Origin: Adineta vaga
Lineage: Eukaryota > Animalia > Rotifera
Direction: 5' to 3'
Length of the DNA stretch: 64,000 nucleotides
Assembly (NCBI GenBank): GCA_021613535.1
Contig: CP075496.1
Span: 1-64,000 of the forward strand
Shown: positions 1 through 11,577 of the stretch, in pieces
Layout: each line of letters begins with the position of its first letter
Numbering within the stretch: position 1 is the stretch's first letter
The notes under the pieces: model-generated
Seen by the model: the letters and a program-made list of their open reading frames with translations, nothing else
Told to the model about the DNA's origin: nothing
Databases searched by the model: none
Made by a program: the position numbers and the translations under genes

Positions 1-121
1 CCACCCACACCCACACCCACACCACACCCACACCCACACCCACACCCACACCCACCCACACCCACACACCCTCACCCACACCCTCACCCACACCCACCCA
101 CACCCACCCACCCCACACCCA
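1..121 (-). repeat. Telomeric repeat tract, C-rich strand (CCCACA)n, with variants
   Basis: Direct reading of tandem CCCACA/CACCC units; the reverse complement TGTGGG is the known bdelloid (Adineta) telomeric repeat. Confidence 0.95.
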
Positions 122-950
122 CACTCATTCAATTGAGTAGTGGCCAGAAGTCAGCCGATCACCGTCCTTCTTGAGAAAGCAGAATAGAGCTGATTATATC
201 ATACATAAAGTGTTTCTGACATCAGTATCTCAGATGCCACTACTAAGGAGAAAGAAATCATCAACATTTCTGTGTTGGATCTATAAATAAAGAGGCTAAG
301 ATCTGATTTTATACAGGAGGGACGAAAGCAGATAATTGTTGTTTATGAAGAAGAAAAAGAAGACGACTCTCTACAGGTAGTAAAAAAATTTACAAAAAAA
401 AACGAATTTTAATAAACTTACGTGAAACTTACGTGAACTTATTTTAAAGAAAGAACATCATACTGTCGATATTGGCCGATCTTCATTTGCTACATTGAAA
501 CCGCCATATGTTGTACCTAAAGCTGCTTTAGCCGTTTTATTCTCACAGAAATTGTTTATGTGGTCAGCCAGAGACATCATGAGAATATCTCTTCTTGAGA
601 GCAAGCATTACTTATTAAAATCTCTGATAAATACAATGTTACACTGACTGTGGTTCAAGGAGAAAAGAAATGCTGTTATTTAAAGTTAATCATATAAAAT
701 AAAGCGAAACTTTTTATACAGAGCGACAGAAAGCAGATAGTTTAGTTTATGAAGAAGAAGACGTATATATAGCCAATAATGAAGAGTGTATGCTTAAATT
801 TAACTGTTCAACTGTTGCACACTTCGAATACTTACTTAAGCAGAAGAACTGTGATTTTTTACAGAAAAAATTGAAGAAAATTTGACAAACAGTAACCATT
901 GACATATTAATTGGTCACAACGGGTTCAACAAAAAAATGGCTCGAGCTGC

Positions 951-1676
951 TTGAAAAAAAAAGAATTTTCAGGAAATGTTGATGAAGCAGTTTTGCTATT
1001 GAAGTCAAAAATCGGATATTTTCTGTTTCATGTATATGTAAAGCGAGAGCAATCCGAATATTTCGAAAAGTTAAAGAGCGAAGTTAGTGATGAAAAAATA
1101 GTGATGCAGGTAGATTTTGCCGAGAATTTCAATATGAAAGAACAAGACGAAATTCAAAAAGCACACTGGAATACAAAGGCGTTGAGTATTTTTACTGCTT
1201 TTGTATGGTCAACAAATGAAAATTTTTCTTTTGCTTTGCCATCTCCAGATTTAACACACGACAAATTTGTTGTTGATTCTGCTTTAAACATTATATTAAA
1301 TCATATCAAAACAGTTCTTCCAAATGTTAAAGAGATAAGTGTTTTCGATGGAGTAGCCTCCCAGTTCAAACAACGTTTTCATTTTCGAAATCTGTCACAA
1401 ATTGCTTCTGAACGAAAAATTCATTTAAGTTGGCATTTTTTTGCAACTTCACATGGTAAGGGTGTTGTTGATGGAATTGGAGGTACTATAGAGCGACTCG
1501 TGTGGTCAGCAATTTTGGCAGGAGGAGTATGTCGGTCTGCTCAGGATTTTATTAATCTTGCTAAGCAAAAAACTAAGAAAATAATTTTATTTGAAATCAC
1601 CAGAAACGACATTGATAATTCGAAAAAGAAACTTGAAAATTTTTTGAAACGGCAAAAACAGTACCAGAGACATTAA
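951..1676 (+). pseudogene. Sola2-like DDD transposase, C-terminal catalytic part (5' part disrupted, C-terminus frameshifted)
   Basis: Motifs VDFAENF, EIQxAHW, (S)DGVASQFKQRF and FFATSHGKGVVDGIGG are typical of this transposase group; the S before DG appears deleted. Confidence 0.7.
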
Positions 1677-2208
1677 AAATGCATTGAGTTAATGTTGTTG
1701 ATGAAAATACATTAGAATTTCGATATTTCTCAATCCGTTCTGAAAAAAAAACTATAACCTATTGATCAAATATATTTGGATAAATTTTTAGTTCTACTTT
1801 GTTTAGTTATTAAATTTATTTCTGGATATTAGGCGACAAGTGAAAAAAATACTATTAACGAGAAATTTGTAAATAAGATTAGGTAAAGAAAACAAGAAAA
1901 AAAGAACAAAAAAAAACATCTAGCTCGAAAGAGGCCGGGTCTTCGTCCCGGGCTGGAGAAACACTTGAGTGGAGGTGCTTTTATTTACACTCTAGTGGCT
2001 AAGAGCCTCTAAATATGTGTCAAAAGTGAGATATACTCTTTATCAAGATAAAAGACACAGAAGATCGATGAACAAAACGAAGGTACTAATAAAGACTTAT
2101 ATTATCGGTCGACAGCTGAGGTATAGAAATGTTCATTTTAGCGGTGAGATACATGTCAAAATAAATTAGGATCAAATAAAAAGACAATAATGACTTTTCG
2201 AAAAAAAG

Positions 2209-2432
2209 TGTCACACCGTTACGAAAAATGTCATACCGTTACGTTTGTATTTTGGCATTTATTAACCTATAAAAGAAGATAGGAGAGTTTTCTTTTCACC
2301 ATCGTGAAGCGCGTGAAAAGCTCTATAAAACTGGTTGTTATCAACTTACATTTATATTTTAAATTTCGCAGGAAATCAAGGATTAATCATGAACACTCGA
2401 GGTTGAGGGTCCTTCTGTGTCACACCGTTACG
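2209..2432 (+). repeat. Three subterminal 15-bp direct repeats TGTCAYACCGTTACG
   Basis: Copies at 2209-2223, 2229-2243 and 2418-2432. Confidence 0.8.
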
Positions 2433-2540
2433 CGACCTAAGAATCTTCCCGGAAAATCGGACGATTGATGGAAATCATTCATTTTTACAGTGAACGTAGA
2501 GTATGCCAAGCTACGTCGAATGACCTTTGAACGAACTCTA

Positions 2541-2708
2541 GGGTGGGTGTGTGGGTGTGGGTGTGGGTGTGGGTGTGGGTGTGGGTGTGGGTGTGGGTGT
2601 GTGTGTGTGTGTGGGTGTGGTGGGTGTGGGTGTGGGTGTGGGTGTGGGTGTGGGTGTGGGTGTGGGTGTGGGTGTGGGTGTGGGTGTGGGGTGTGGGTGT
2701 GTGTGTGT
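2541..2708 (+). repeat. Telomeric repeat tract, G-rich strand (GGGTGT)n
   Basis: ~28 units; directly abuts the hammerhead-containing retroelement 3' end at 2709. Confidence 0.97.
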
Positions 2709-2714
2709 TCCAGC

Positions 2715-2759
2715 AGCCATGACGCGTTTCGAACCCGCTACGGTTCTCATCAGATGGCT
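2715..2759 (-). ncRNA. Minimal type-I hammerhead ribozyme, intact
   Basis: Minus strand AGCCAT-CTGATGA-GAACC(gtagcg)GGTTC-GAAA-CGCGTC-ATGGCT: 6-bp stem I, 5-bp stem II, palindromic stem III, GUC cleavage triplet. Confidence 0.93.
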
Positions 2760-2930
2760 TCTAGTTCAAAAATGATCAAAATTGTATCAATTTCAACTTA
2801 AAAAAGTCAAAACTAATTCAATTTAAACATTTCTAAACCAAATACACTGTTATAAATCAAATTTCATAACAAAAAGTCATAAAATTCAACTTATAATGGT
2901 ACTTCTAGCTTGAGCAGTGTGTGTTCCAGC

Positions 2931-2976
2931 AGCCATGACGCGTTTCGACTGAATTTCACGGTTTCATCAGTTGTCA
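2931..2976 (-). ncRNA. Hammerhead ribozyme, degenerate stem I 5' arm and stem II, intact core and substrate arm
   Basis: CTGATGA-aaccgtgaaattcagtc-GAAACGCGTC-ATGGCT; 2917-2948 is identical to 2701-2732. Confidence 0.75.
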
Positions 2977-4218
2977 TAAGTCATTTTATCGGCAGAAAGA
3001 TGAATTTTAAGAAAATGTTAAAATCCGACTAATGAAATCATTCTTCAGTGGATGTTGAGTGGTATGGACTAACCTGAATGTGATTATAAATTTGGATGAT
3101 ATTTCGATAAATTATTGCGGTTGCTGTTGGAAGTTGTTTTATAACAGCCTGATGGTTTGTAGTGACTAAATGTAATCGGTAATAAGATGAATATATATAG
3201 ATTGTATTGAGAGATGCTTACTTGTTGATGAAGCTTTGTTGAATGATATGGAGAGTGAAGAAAGCTAGTGTTTTATATAGGCAGGAGAGAGCGAGAGGAA
3301 GAGGGTGGAGAACATCACGGAATTGCTATAGAAATTGTATATTTTTTATGGGAAAATTCCTGTGCCCACCATTTTATATGATCAAAGTCTGTGGAATGCT
3401 GTTTTCATGGGAGAAAATGCACTGAATAGATTCTTTTTGGGCACCAGATCAAAGTTTAACTTCGACGTGACTTAATACAGCAACGCAAATTGATCCGAAA
3501 GGAATCTGGCATTTGCTAGAAGGAATCTTTCTTTTGTCCTGACTACGTGATTTTGTCTTGTTTATGAAAGAAAGATTATAGCGTTGGTAGAGAGAAAGAG
3601 GCTAGAGGCTACTATAGATGATGTTACTTTTTTCTTTACATTTTCATTCTTCTTTTAGGTTCTGGGACAATGATTACATTTATGTTCCAAACGGTTACCA
3701 ATTTAAGATGAATTCATCTTTTGTTAATTATTAAACTATAATAATAATAAAAGCAATCTTTTCTGTTTCATTTAGAAATAAATCAATGGAACATTCTCAT
3801 ACTTACAATCATTTTATGATCAATCTATTTAAAAAAGATCAAGTTACTTCCAGAGAACAGATGGTAAAAAGTAATAGTTATGATTAGTCACAATATTGGT
3901 TAGATTATAATTTTCAATAACATATATTCAATCACTACTTATTTTTTTTTTGTTCTGGATCTTAATAGATAGGCAATATTATATTGTTTGAACATATACA
4001 TGGACAACATTAATCATTGTATTAACACTTTGTGCTGTTGTCGGTTTTGATTAATATTATGGCTTGTAAACGATTGCAAAATAGTTAACATCACATGCGT
4101 TTCATTTAATTATATTGAATTATTATTTTCTGTCAATTTAACTTTTGTATTTGGTTCATTGTATTAATGACAAGGCGAACAGCACATGCAGAATAAAATG
4201 AAGAATAGTATTTTTTCC

Positions 4219-4253
4219 TTTCGACCTTACTCAAAGGTCTCATCAGCTGTTTG
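4219..4253 (-). ncRNA. Hammerhead catalytic half (CUGAUGA-stem II-GAAA); stem III/substrate arm disrupted
   Basis: CTGATGA-GACCTT(tgagt)AAGGTC-GAAA with a perfect 6-bp stem II. Confidence 0.6.
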
Positions 4254-4427
4254 AAGTCTTAACATGATCTAAAACACTAAATTTAAACTCAAAAGTTCAG
4301 ACTATGTCTTTTCAATCACATATCAAGATATCTGTAGTGTATCGCAACTGAATTTAATTCAAATCGAAATTTGAACTAATTTCACTTAGTAATGACATTG
4401 TTATCACTTACAAAAGTCAGACAACTT

Positions 4428-4470
4428 GCCATGGTTATTTCAATTCTGCTCAAAGATCTCATCGGATGGT
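4428..4470 (-). ncRNA. Highly degenerate hammerhead relic
   Basis: ACCAT-CCGATGA-gatctttgagcagaatt-GAAA-taacc-ATGGC; lies 219 nt from the 4219 copy. Confidence 0.45.
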
Positions 4471-5041
4471 TCTATATATGATAGAATTGATCAGAATGTT
4501 TTGCTTCATTCAACATAGAATAAAACCAATTTAATTTAAAATAAAAGTAATTGAATGTAAATGAGAAGAGTTTTAGTTTATTTGAATATAAAATAAATTT
4601 GACGATCATTGAATGGAAATAATGAAGAAAATTTGAAGACATGTAAGATAATCGAAAAGTAAATCTAGAATAATCTAATAGAATAATACTAAAATATACA
4701 TATATATATATATATATATGAATTCTGGACATATGTGTTGAACAAGAGAGAATAAATGTTATCTGTAAGTAATATTCTTTTGAGAGATAAGTAAAATTAT
4801 GTACTTATAGAAAAAAAAAGAATTATTCATTAAGTATTTTTCGGACATATAGAGGCCTTGGATATACCATCATTTTAATAACAGAACATGTAACATTCCA
4901 TCGATAATCACGTAGAGATAAGGCAGACTGTATATATTTTTTTCTTTGCTTTAATTCATTTATTCTAAGAAAAGGTTTGTCTCTTATTCCTTTTTTTTGT
5001 TGCCATCATATAACGTTTCTTTATAGTTTTTACCAATTAAA

Positions 5042-5347
5042 ATGTCAACACCAGTACGACGATCTACTTTTCGTGCAAATCTACATGCCGAAGTAAATAA
5101 ATTAAAATAAACTCTTGAATATTAATTAATTTAATTTTAGTATATACCAAATTCTCCATTATCATCGCATTATGTTCAAGTTATTTGTAACAACAATGCA
5201 TCAAAATCAACTGAGGTTCCAAACTTGGTTACTGTCGAATCGAATAATGAACTTCGTCAAGTACCAGATGTTAATATTAAATGTGAAATATTTTCTGAAA
5301 AAATTGAAAAAACAAATGAAAAAAACATTGATCAATTAGCACCATAA
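5042..5347 (+). CDS. Small 2-exon ORF (85 aa, unknown), antisense to the retroelement
   Basis: ATG at 5042, exon 1 to 5092, GT..AG intron 5093-5140, open exon 2 to TAA at 5347, AATAAA at 5395; absent from the ORF track. Confidence 0.55.
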
Positions 5348-5501
5348 TATTATCTGAAAGTTTTTTTATAGTTTCAATTTTCGAACGTCATTTCAATAAA
5401 AAGAAAGTAACAATGCAAATAAAAATGTTCATTATAAAAATATCAAAAGAAAATAGAAAAATGAATCAAAAGAATTAAATAAAAGATGTAACATCTACAT
5501 A

Positions 5502-5519
5502 GGGTGTGGGTGTGGGTGT
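5502..5519 (+). repeat. Short telomeric stub (GGGTGT)x3 between Terminon units
   Basis: gggtgtgggtgtgggtgt immediately before the second 3' end. Confidence 0.9.
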
Positions 5520-5525
5520 TCCAGC

Positions 5526-5570
5526 AGCCATGACGCGTTTTGAACCCGCTACGGTTCTCATTAGATGGCT
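5526..5570 (-). ncRNA. Hammerhead ribozyme copy with two core mutations (CUAAUGA, AAAA)
   Basis: Identical to 2715-2759 except C>T at 5541 and 5562 on the plus strand. Confidence 0.85.
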
Positions 5571-6358
5571 TCTAGTCTAAAATTGATCAAAATCTAATTA
5601 ATTCTAACTTAAAAAAGTCAAAATCAACTCAATTTTATCGTTCTTAAACGAAGTTTAATGTTACCAGTGCTATAAAATAAGATGGAGTAGATAAGTTTGA
5701 TTAATTATGATGTTAGTTTGGAATTGTAGATGTTTATATGGAATTGATTGAAACAGTAGTCAGGTTGAATCGCTTTGTTGCAGAAAATGTTGATGGATAA
5801 TGTTATCAAAATGGTGGTTTTTCGGTTTGATTGGAACTTATGATGTAGTTAGTCAATGATTCATTGTAAGGGATTTATTTAATGTAATCTTACTGTCTAT
5901 ATGAGACTAGTTTATCCTTTTAGTACAATACATGTGGATTTAGTGGATTATTACTTATTCATTGTTCAATATTCGAATCTTTTGAATGGTTTTAATATTG
6001 AAAATATAGAATGAACGGTTATAAACAGGTTCTTATTCTTAATTGTGACCGGTTTTGAATCCATGGTTACGCTAGAAAATGAGATCTTCGTATAATCCAT
6101 GTATGTCTCAGGATTTTTAATATTATTAAGTCGAAAATTCAAATTAAGTTGAAATTTTATGTTTTCAGTGTTTTTCATGTATTCTATACATTTTAGTCGC
6201 GTATAAACCGAAGAAGATTTCTTATCATTGTACAGAAAGAAGAAACAGAACATTTGTTCTGGAAAAAATACCATAGGAAAGAAATAAAAGAGAGAAAAGG
6301 AATATAAAGTCCAAGAGGCAGAGAATCATTTTATTTTTTCCTCATTTATATAAAGAAA

Positions 6359-6763
6359 ATGCCTAAAGTAAGTCGACGTTCTCATCGATGTGCATGTAGT
6401 GGTGCTGCTTCAAACGGAAGCAGTGGTGATGGTGTTCACACTGAAGCACCTATCAATGCTCAATACAAGAAGGTGTGTATTGAGCATAACAAAATGGTGA
6501 TCTTGTACGAACATCGTAAAAACAATGATGGTCATGCAAGCTTTACTCGTTTACACATCAGTAAACGAGGAGCACTTGGTCCACCACCACCGCGACCACC
6601 ACGACCACCAGTAACAATTACTGGAAATAATCAACAACAGAATGGACACCGGGCAACAACCGTGGTCATTAACAATGATCATGGTGGTATAACACTCGAC
6701 GTTTCGTCGAGAAAAAACGAACATAATTCGTTGGACATCACTATCACGAATGGTGGTAGTTAA
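6359..6763 (+). CDS. Unknown 134-aa protein with a Pro-rich patch, antisense within the Terminon 3' region
   Basis: GC-richer open frame in an AT-rich context; TATAAA at 6303; basic N-terminus and PPPPRPPRPP. Confidence 0.55.
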   Translation: MPKVSRRSHRCACSGAASNGSSGDGVHTEAPINAQYKKVCIEHNKMVILYEHRKNNDGHASFTRLHISKRGALGPPPPRPPRPPVTITGNNQQQNGHRATTVVINNDHGGITLDVSSRKNEHNSLDITITNGGS

Positions 6764-7717
6764 TTTTTTTTTTGTTCTTCTTTTATTTTTGCTTGTGCGC
6801 GTGGTAGTGCCGCTTATCATTTTTGCATTAGATAGTTTTTTTTGTGGCACGTGCATGTGCTTTGTCTTCATTGAAGAATGAAGACATTCTAATTTTGTTT
6901 TTTTTTTGTTTGATTTATTTTAATCCAGCAATAAATATCTTTTTTTCTTCAATATAAATTCTTATTATTTTCAATATCATTGAATCATATAAATGAATAA
7001 ATGTTGACCATACCTTTTTAGCAGACTTAACAGTAGTAATTGAGATTATATTTTGATTATTATGATGTAAGAATAAGATATATATATATAGTTGTTGGAT
7101 ATAGACAATATGATTGTCATCTAAAAAAAAAGGAGAAAATATTTCATTTTCATTAAAATACAAAATAAATTACTCTTAATAATTGCTTGTGGACCTCAAT
7201 TATAATGAATCAGATTGATTGTCGGCTTTTTAGATTTGTTTATATTGTGTTCGAACTTCTATTAAAGCATAAAACACTGAAAAGAACGATTAATCATAAT
7301 AAAAACTATTTACTCAATAATTTTAAACATTACTTTTTGATTGGAATATTCTTTGAAAGATGGTTCAGAATCATAAAAATGGATTTCGAATGAATTAAAA
7401 TTAACTTGAAATGAAAATGACACTGTAACATAATCTATTTTCAGACAAATTCCATAAAAAATGATTAAATTCATTGAAAAATTCAATTTAATTATGTTTT
7501 AATCGAATTTAGATGATATTTTGCTGCATAATATATAGTATATTGAAGTAGTTTGTATTGTTGATCTAGAATAGAATAAAGAAATATACATTAGATTATA
7601 TTTTCGAAATCAAAAACGCCACAAGAAATGATTTATTAACAAGAAAAACATAGAAATACTATTTCCATTGCATGAATAAATAGGATTAAATGAGAAAAGC
7701 ATTAGTAATTTGTTCTA

Positions 7718-10700
7718 TCAATGTTTAGTTGATGAAAATTTCAAACGTTTGATTTTCATCTGTTTGTTCAATAGCATATATTGTTTTGGACGTTTATGAA
7801 TCAACTCTTGCTTACCATCTCGACGATTTCGATTGCCAACAACCATTCTAACTGCCATTGCCGGTGTATTCTGGAATACGTTTCGGTATAATTGATGCAT
7901 ATCTCTTTTGAACGAAGGAAATCGTTTTTCATGTGTATAATGAATAAAGAAGCGATCTTGCAAATGCATTACATTTTCACGCTTTGTAACTGTTGAATCA
8001 TCTGGTTGTTCATCATTTGCATCAGCTGAAGCTATACTTTTGGTCACTTGTGTTTGACGAATCGTGGGTTGAGCCAACATTTTCTGACGTAATAGGCAAA
8101 GTTGTGTCGTATCTGTGATAAGTGACGAAAAAGAGTTGATATTGATATATTCGAGCATATATTTATAGAATTTATCATTAATAAATGATGAAGAATAACT
8201 AAAATAGATTTTTCTGATGTAATTTCATTGATTTTGTTCTAATAAGGAACGAAATGCTTACCCATTATACAATAACATGAGTTTTATTTCTTTTTGTTCA
8301 CAATGAAATGCCTCCAATGTTGATGAATATCGAATAGCTCGTGCCAAGGCAGTTTGGATAACGTTTTGGTATACATATGGATGATGATCGGATGTAAATG
8401 GTACCACATATGGTTCTGCACTTGGTTTATGATAAACTGATGTTAAAAGAACACCATCACTATTTGTTAGAACTATATCTAGAAATGGAAGACTTTGACT
8501 AATTTTATAATCTAATTTAATATTTGGATGCCATTGATTTGCTTCATCTAATAGTTTTCTTAACTGTTGTTCAGATTTATTCCATGTCATGAAAACATCA
8601 TCAATATATCTATAAGAATTATAATTAATGTTTCTATATTCTATGATATTTACCTGCCAAAGAATTCACTAGTAATATCTTGATAACGAACCAATTCCTT
8701 CTGCCATTTCCACATAAATATATTAGCTAATGTTAAAGTAAATGAAGAACCCATTGCACCACCTGTTGTTTGCTTATAGATTTTGTTGCCATAGACAAAT
8801 ACATTTTCTTTAATTACTATCGAGGCCAGTTTCCGAATGGTATCAAGTGCAATTCCTTTCACTTTTCGATAACCATGGACATAAAGAAATTCTACCAGAG
8901 TATTCAATGCTTCTTCCTGTGGTAACATAGTATATAAATTATGAATATCAAAAGTACAGAATAAAGTTGATGGTTTAAAAATGTCGGTTCTGATATATCT
9001 ATTGATTCGTTTGATTAAATGGGCACCATCGATAATAGTGGTAGTATAACAATGTTTATCAAATATAGGACGAATAATCTTATCAAGAAAATCTGATATT
9101 TTTGTTGTTGGAGCACGAATTGTATTTTCAATCGGTCGAACTGGTATATTATTCTAAATACAAAGAAGATGTAATTATAATTATTCCGAGATAGCTATTA
9201 CTACACCTTATGTGTTTTAGGATTGAAATATAAATGAGCTAATTCACATTTGGTTCGATTAGGCATCATTTGTTCATATTGCCATTTTAAAACGAGTTTT
9301 TTTGAATAAAAAGTGTTAAGTAATTGAATAACTTTATTTAAAATTTCATTGAATGGATTCTCTGTTAATTCTATGAAGGCATTTGTATCAGAAAAGAACT
9401 TTTGACCTTTCTTTTCAAATTCACTTGCTAAACCAATATAGAAATTATGACCTTTATCAGTAAGACGTATAACAAGATGATTTTGTTGAATCTTCTTTCG
9501 GATAGATGCAACAGTTTGTGCTTGTTTATGTGCTTCGATACGATCTTTATATGGTATAGATGAAAAATAACATTGTTGAAGATAATCAAGAAGTTGATCA
9601 GAATATTCTTGAAAAATAGACACTGTTCTTGGTATACGACAAAGTTTGACTAGATAATCTTGAACTTTAGTAAAAATATCGTTATGTTCATTTTTAATTA
9701 TAGTTTCTTGTTGTTTTCGAGAACAAAGTGCACTTTGATTTAGTCGAATAAATGATGGACCTATAACAATTTGATTAATTCTAGTCAATGTCAAATCTCA
9801 CTGAATGCAACAAATTCTACCTAGTTTTAGATAACTCCATTCAAGTGTAGTAAATGGATTCGACATTAAATCGAGATATGGTTCAGGTGAAACACCAATC
9901 ATATTCTTTGCTACAGATGAACGTTGACGATTACGACGCAGTTTTCTTCGATATAATGGCATTCTATTCAAAATATCTTGTTTTAATTGACTGGTACGAT
10001 ACGTCATATACCGGTTAATATCATTTACAATATTACCATTTGCTGTATATGTAGCAGTTGATGCGACTGATGTTAATTCTTCTAATATTTGTTGATATTG
10101 ACAATCATATTCTTGTAATTTAACTTCATAGCTGGTTAAAAATAGATGTAACCATTGACGTTTTGCTTCCTGAATGATTTGTAATCGTTCATTTTTCAAT
10201 CGAATATTTCTTTGTTCATTATTCATGGTTATAGGCATAATAGGTGAAATAAAATTTTCCAAATGATCAAAATTGGGTGGTAAAAATTGACAGATGATTC
10301 GCATTTCTAGCATTAATTGTTCTTCCCATACTTCTACTTGTCGTTGTCTTATTGTAATTAATTGATCTAGGATAACAGCAACTGGAGAATGAACAATTAT
10401 AGTTTCATATAAGTTTTTCTGTTCCATATCAACCTTAAATTTAATTATTTGATTTTGATTTCTTTTCGATAAATATTTTCGTTCGAAATCAACATATTCT
10501 TTCAAACAACGATCAATTCGATCAAAGGATATTGGCAGAATTGGACATAAGGTAGATTGTTCATATAATTTAATAGCATACTGTTCCATCATGCTTTTTA
10601 AGTGTGCTATATAATTGATAAGATACTCTTGGCATATAACAAAATCGTTACTTTTTGCTATCAGATACAATTGTTTCTTTTTGTTTAAATATAAAAGAAA

Positions 10701-11423
10701 GAAAAATAATAAGAAATTATCATGAATCAAATGCGTAACTTACTGGCCATTGATGTTGTTCACGTCCAATATTTAAATATAATTCCCATAATTCTATATC
10801 AGCTTTCAAACAATAATACCGATCCAATAGATCTAAGCGTCGATGAATAAATATTTGTAGATCTTTTTGCTTTACAGAATAATTTAACTTTTTGCTTAAC
10901 ATTTGAAAAAGTATTATAGGTGACCGTTTCAGATACATTGGTCTTCTATAAATAGAAATAAGTATATATGTTATGAATAAATAATAAATAAATATATAAA
11001 TATAAACCGATATTTCATATTGGTCGAAGGAATATTCTCCCTGATCATATGCATTTCTGCTGTGGATTTCCTATTGTCTATTTTCTTCTTTGTTGATTGA
11101 GCAACTGACGATGAACTAGTTGATTTTGATATTGCTGAAACCGAAGTTATTTCTTGTAATGATATATCTCGTTTCCTTTTATTTAAATTTGTTGGTATTG
11201 TTGTTATGGTATCAAAAACAATACCATTCATAATATCTTGGATATAATCATTCATTCGATTATTTTGACTATTGATTTGTCTTCGTTCATTGATTAATTT
11301 TTCAATTCTAGATGATTTCATTCCACGTTTACGACATTTTCTTCGAAAGCATTGATTTTTTCGATTACCATGACATTTCTTTCGTCGTCGTCGTCGTCGT
11401 CGTCGTTCATTAGTAGTATCCAT
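7718..11423 (-). CDS. Athena (Penelope-like) reverse transcriptase with N-terminal basic/coiled-coil region, 7 exons, ~1118 aa, apparently intact
   Basis: Exons 11423-11008, 10945-10744, 10676-9821, 9760-9207, 9153-8654, 8609-8262 and 8198-7718 splice in phase (the 10677 acceptor is the least certain); motifs DKG, YFNPKTHK, RPI, FCTFDIHNLYT, GGAMGS, RYIDD, LPFLD, YHKP; no C-terminal endonuclease. Confidence 0.92.
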
Positions 11424-11577
11424 TTGTAGACTTTTGTTAGTATGGTTTAATAAATCTGAAATAAATGAAAAATCGATAAAATTTTGTTTAGAATAGAAAT
11501 ATGAATATATGAATGATAGAATAGTTTGAAAGAAGAAACAAATTAGAAATAGTTTTTGTATAATCAATCTCATCGTT

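Larger units (their letters stand above)
122..2538 (+). mobile_element. Degenerate DNA transposon remnant, probably Sola2-type; right end ...GAACTC
   Basis: Transposase ORF inside; subterminal repeats near the right end; ends in CTC (Sola2 termini are 5'-GRG...CYC-3'); left part looks scrambled or low quality. Confidence 0.55.
2709..5501 (-). mobile_element. 5'-truncated Terminon/Athena unit (3' terminal repeat region with hammerheads)
   Basis: Starts with hammerhead next to the telomeric tract; its first ~120 bp are homologous to 5520-5640; ends at a new telomeric stub at 5502. Confidence 0.7.

Noticed and set aside
122-950. Scrambled transposase-like sequence with a short duplicated motif (~324 and ~729)
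   Set aside because: Looks like low-quality contig-end consensus; cannot be interpreted as biology without reads
2490-2801. ORFs encoding CG/VG/PT dipeptide repeats
   Set aside because: Translations of the telomeric repeat tract, which has no stop codons
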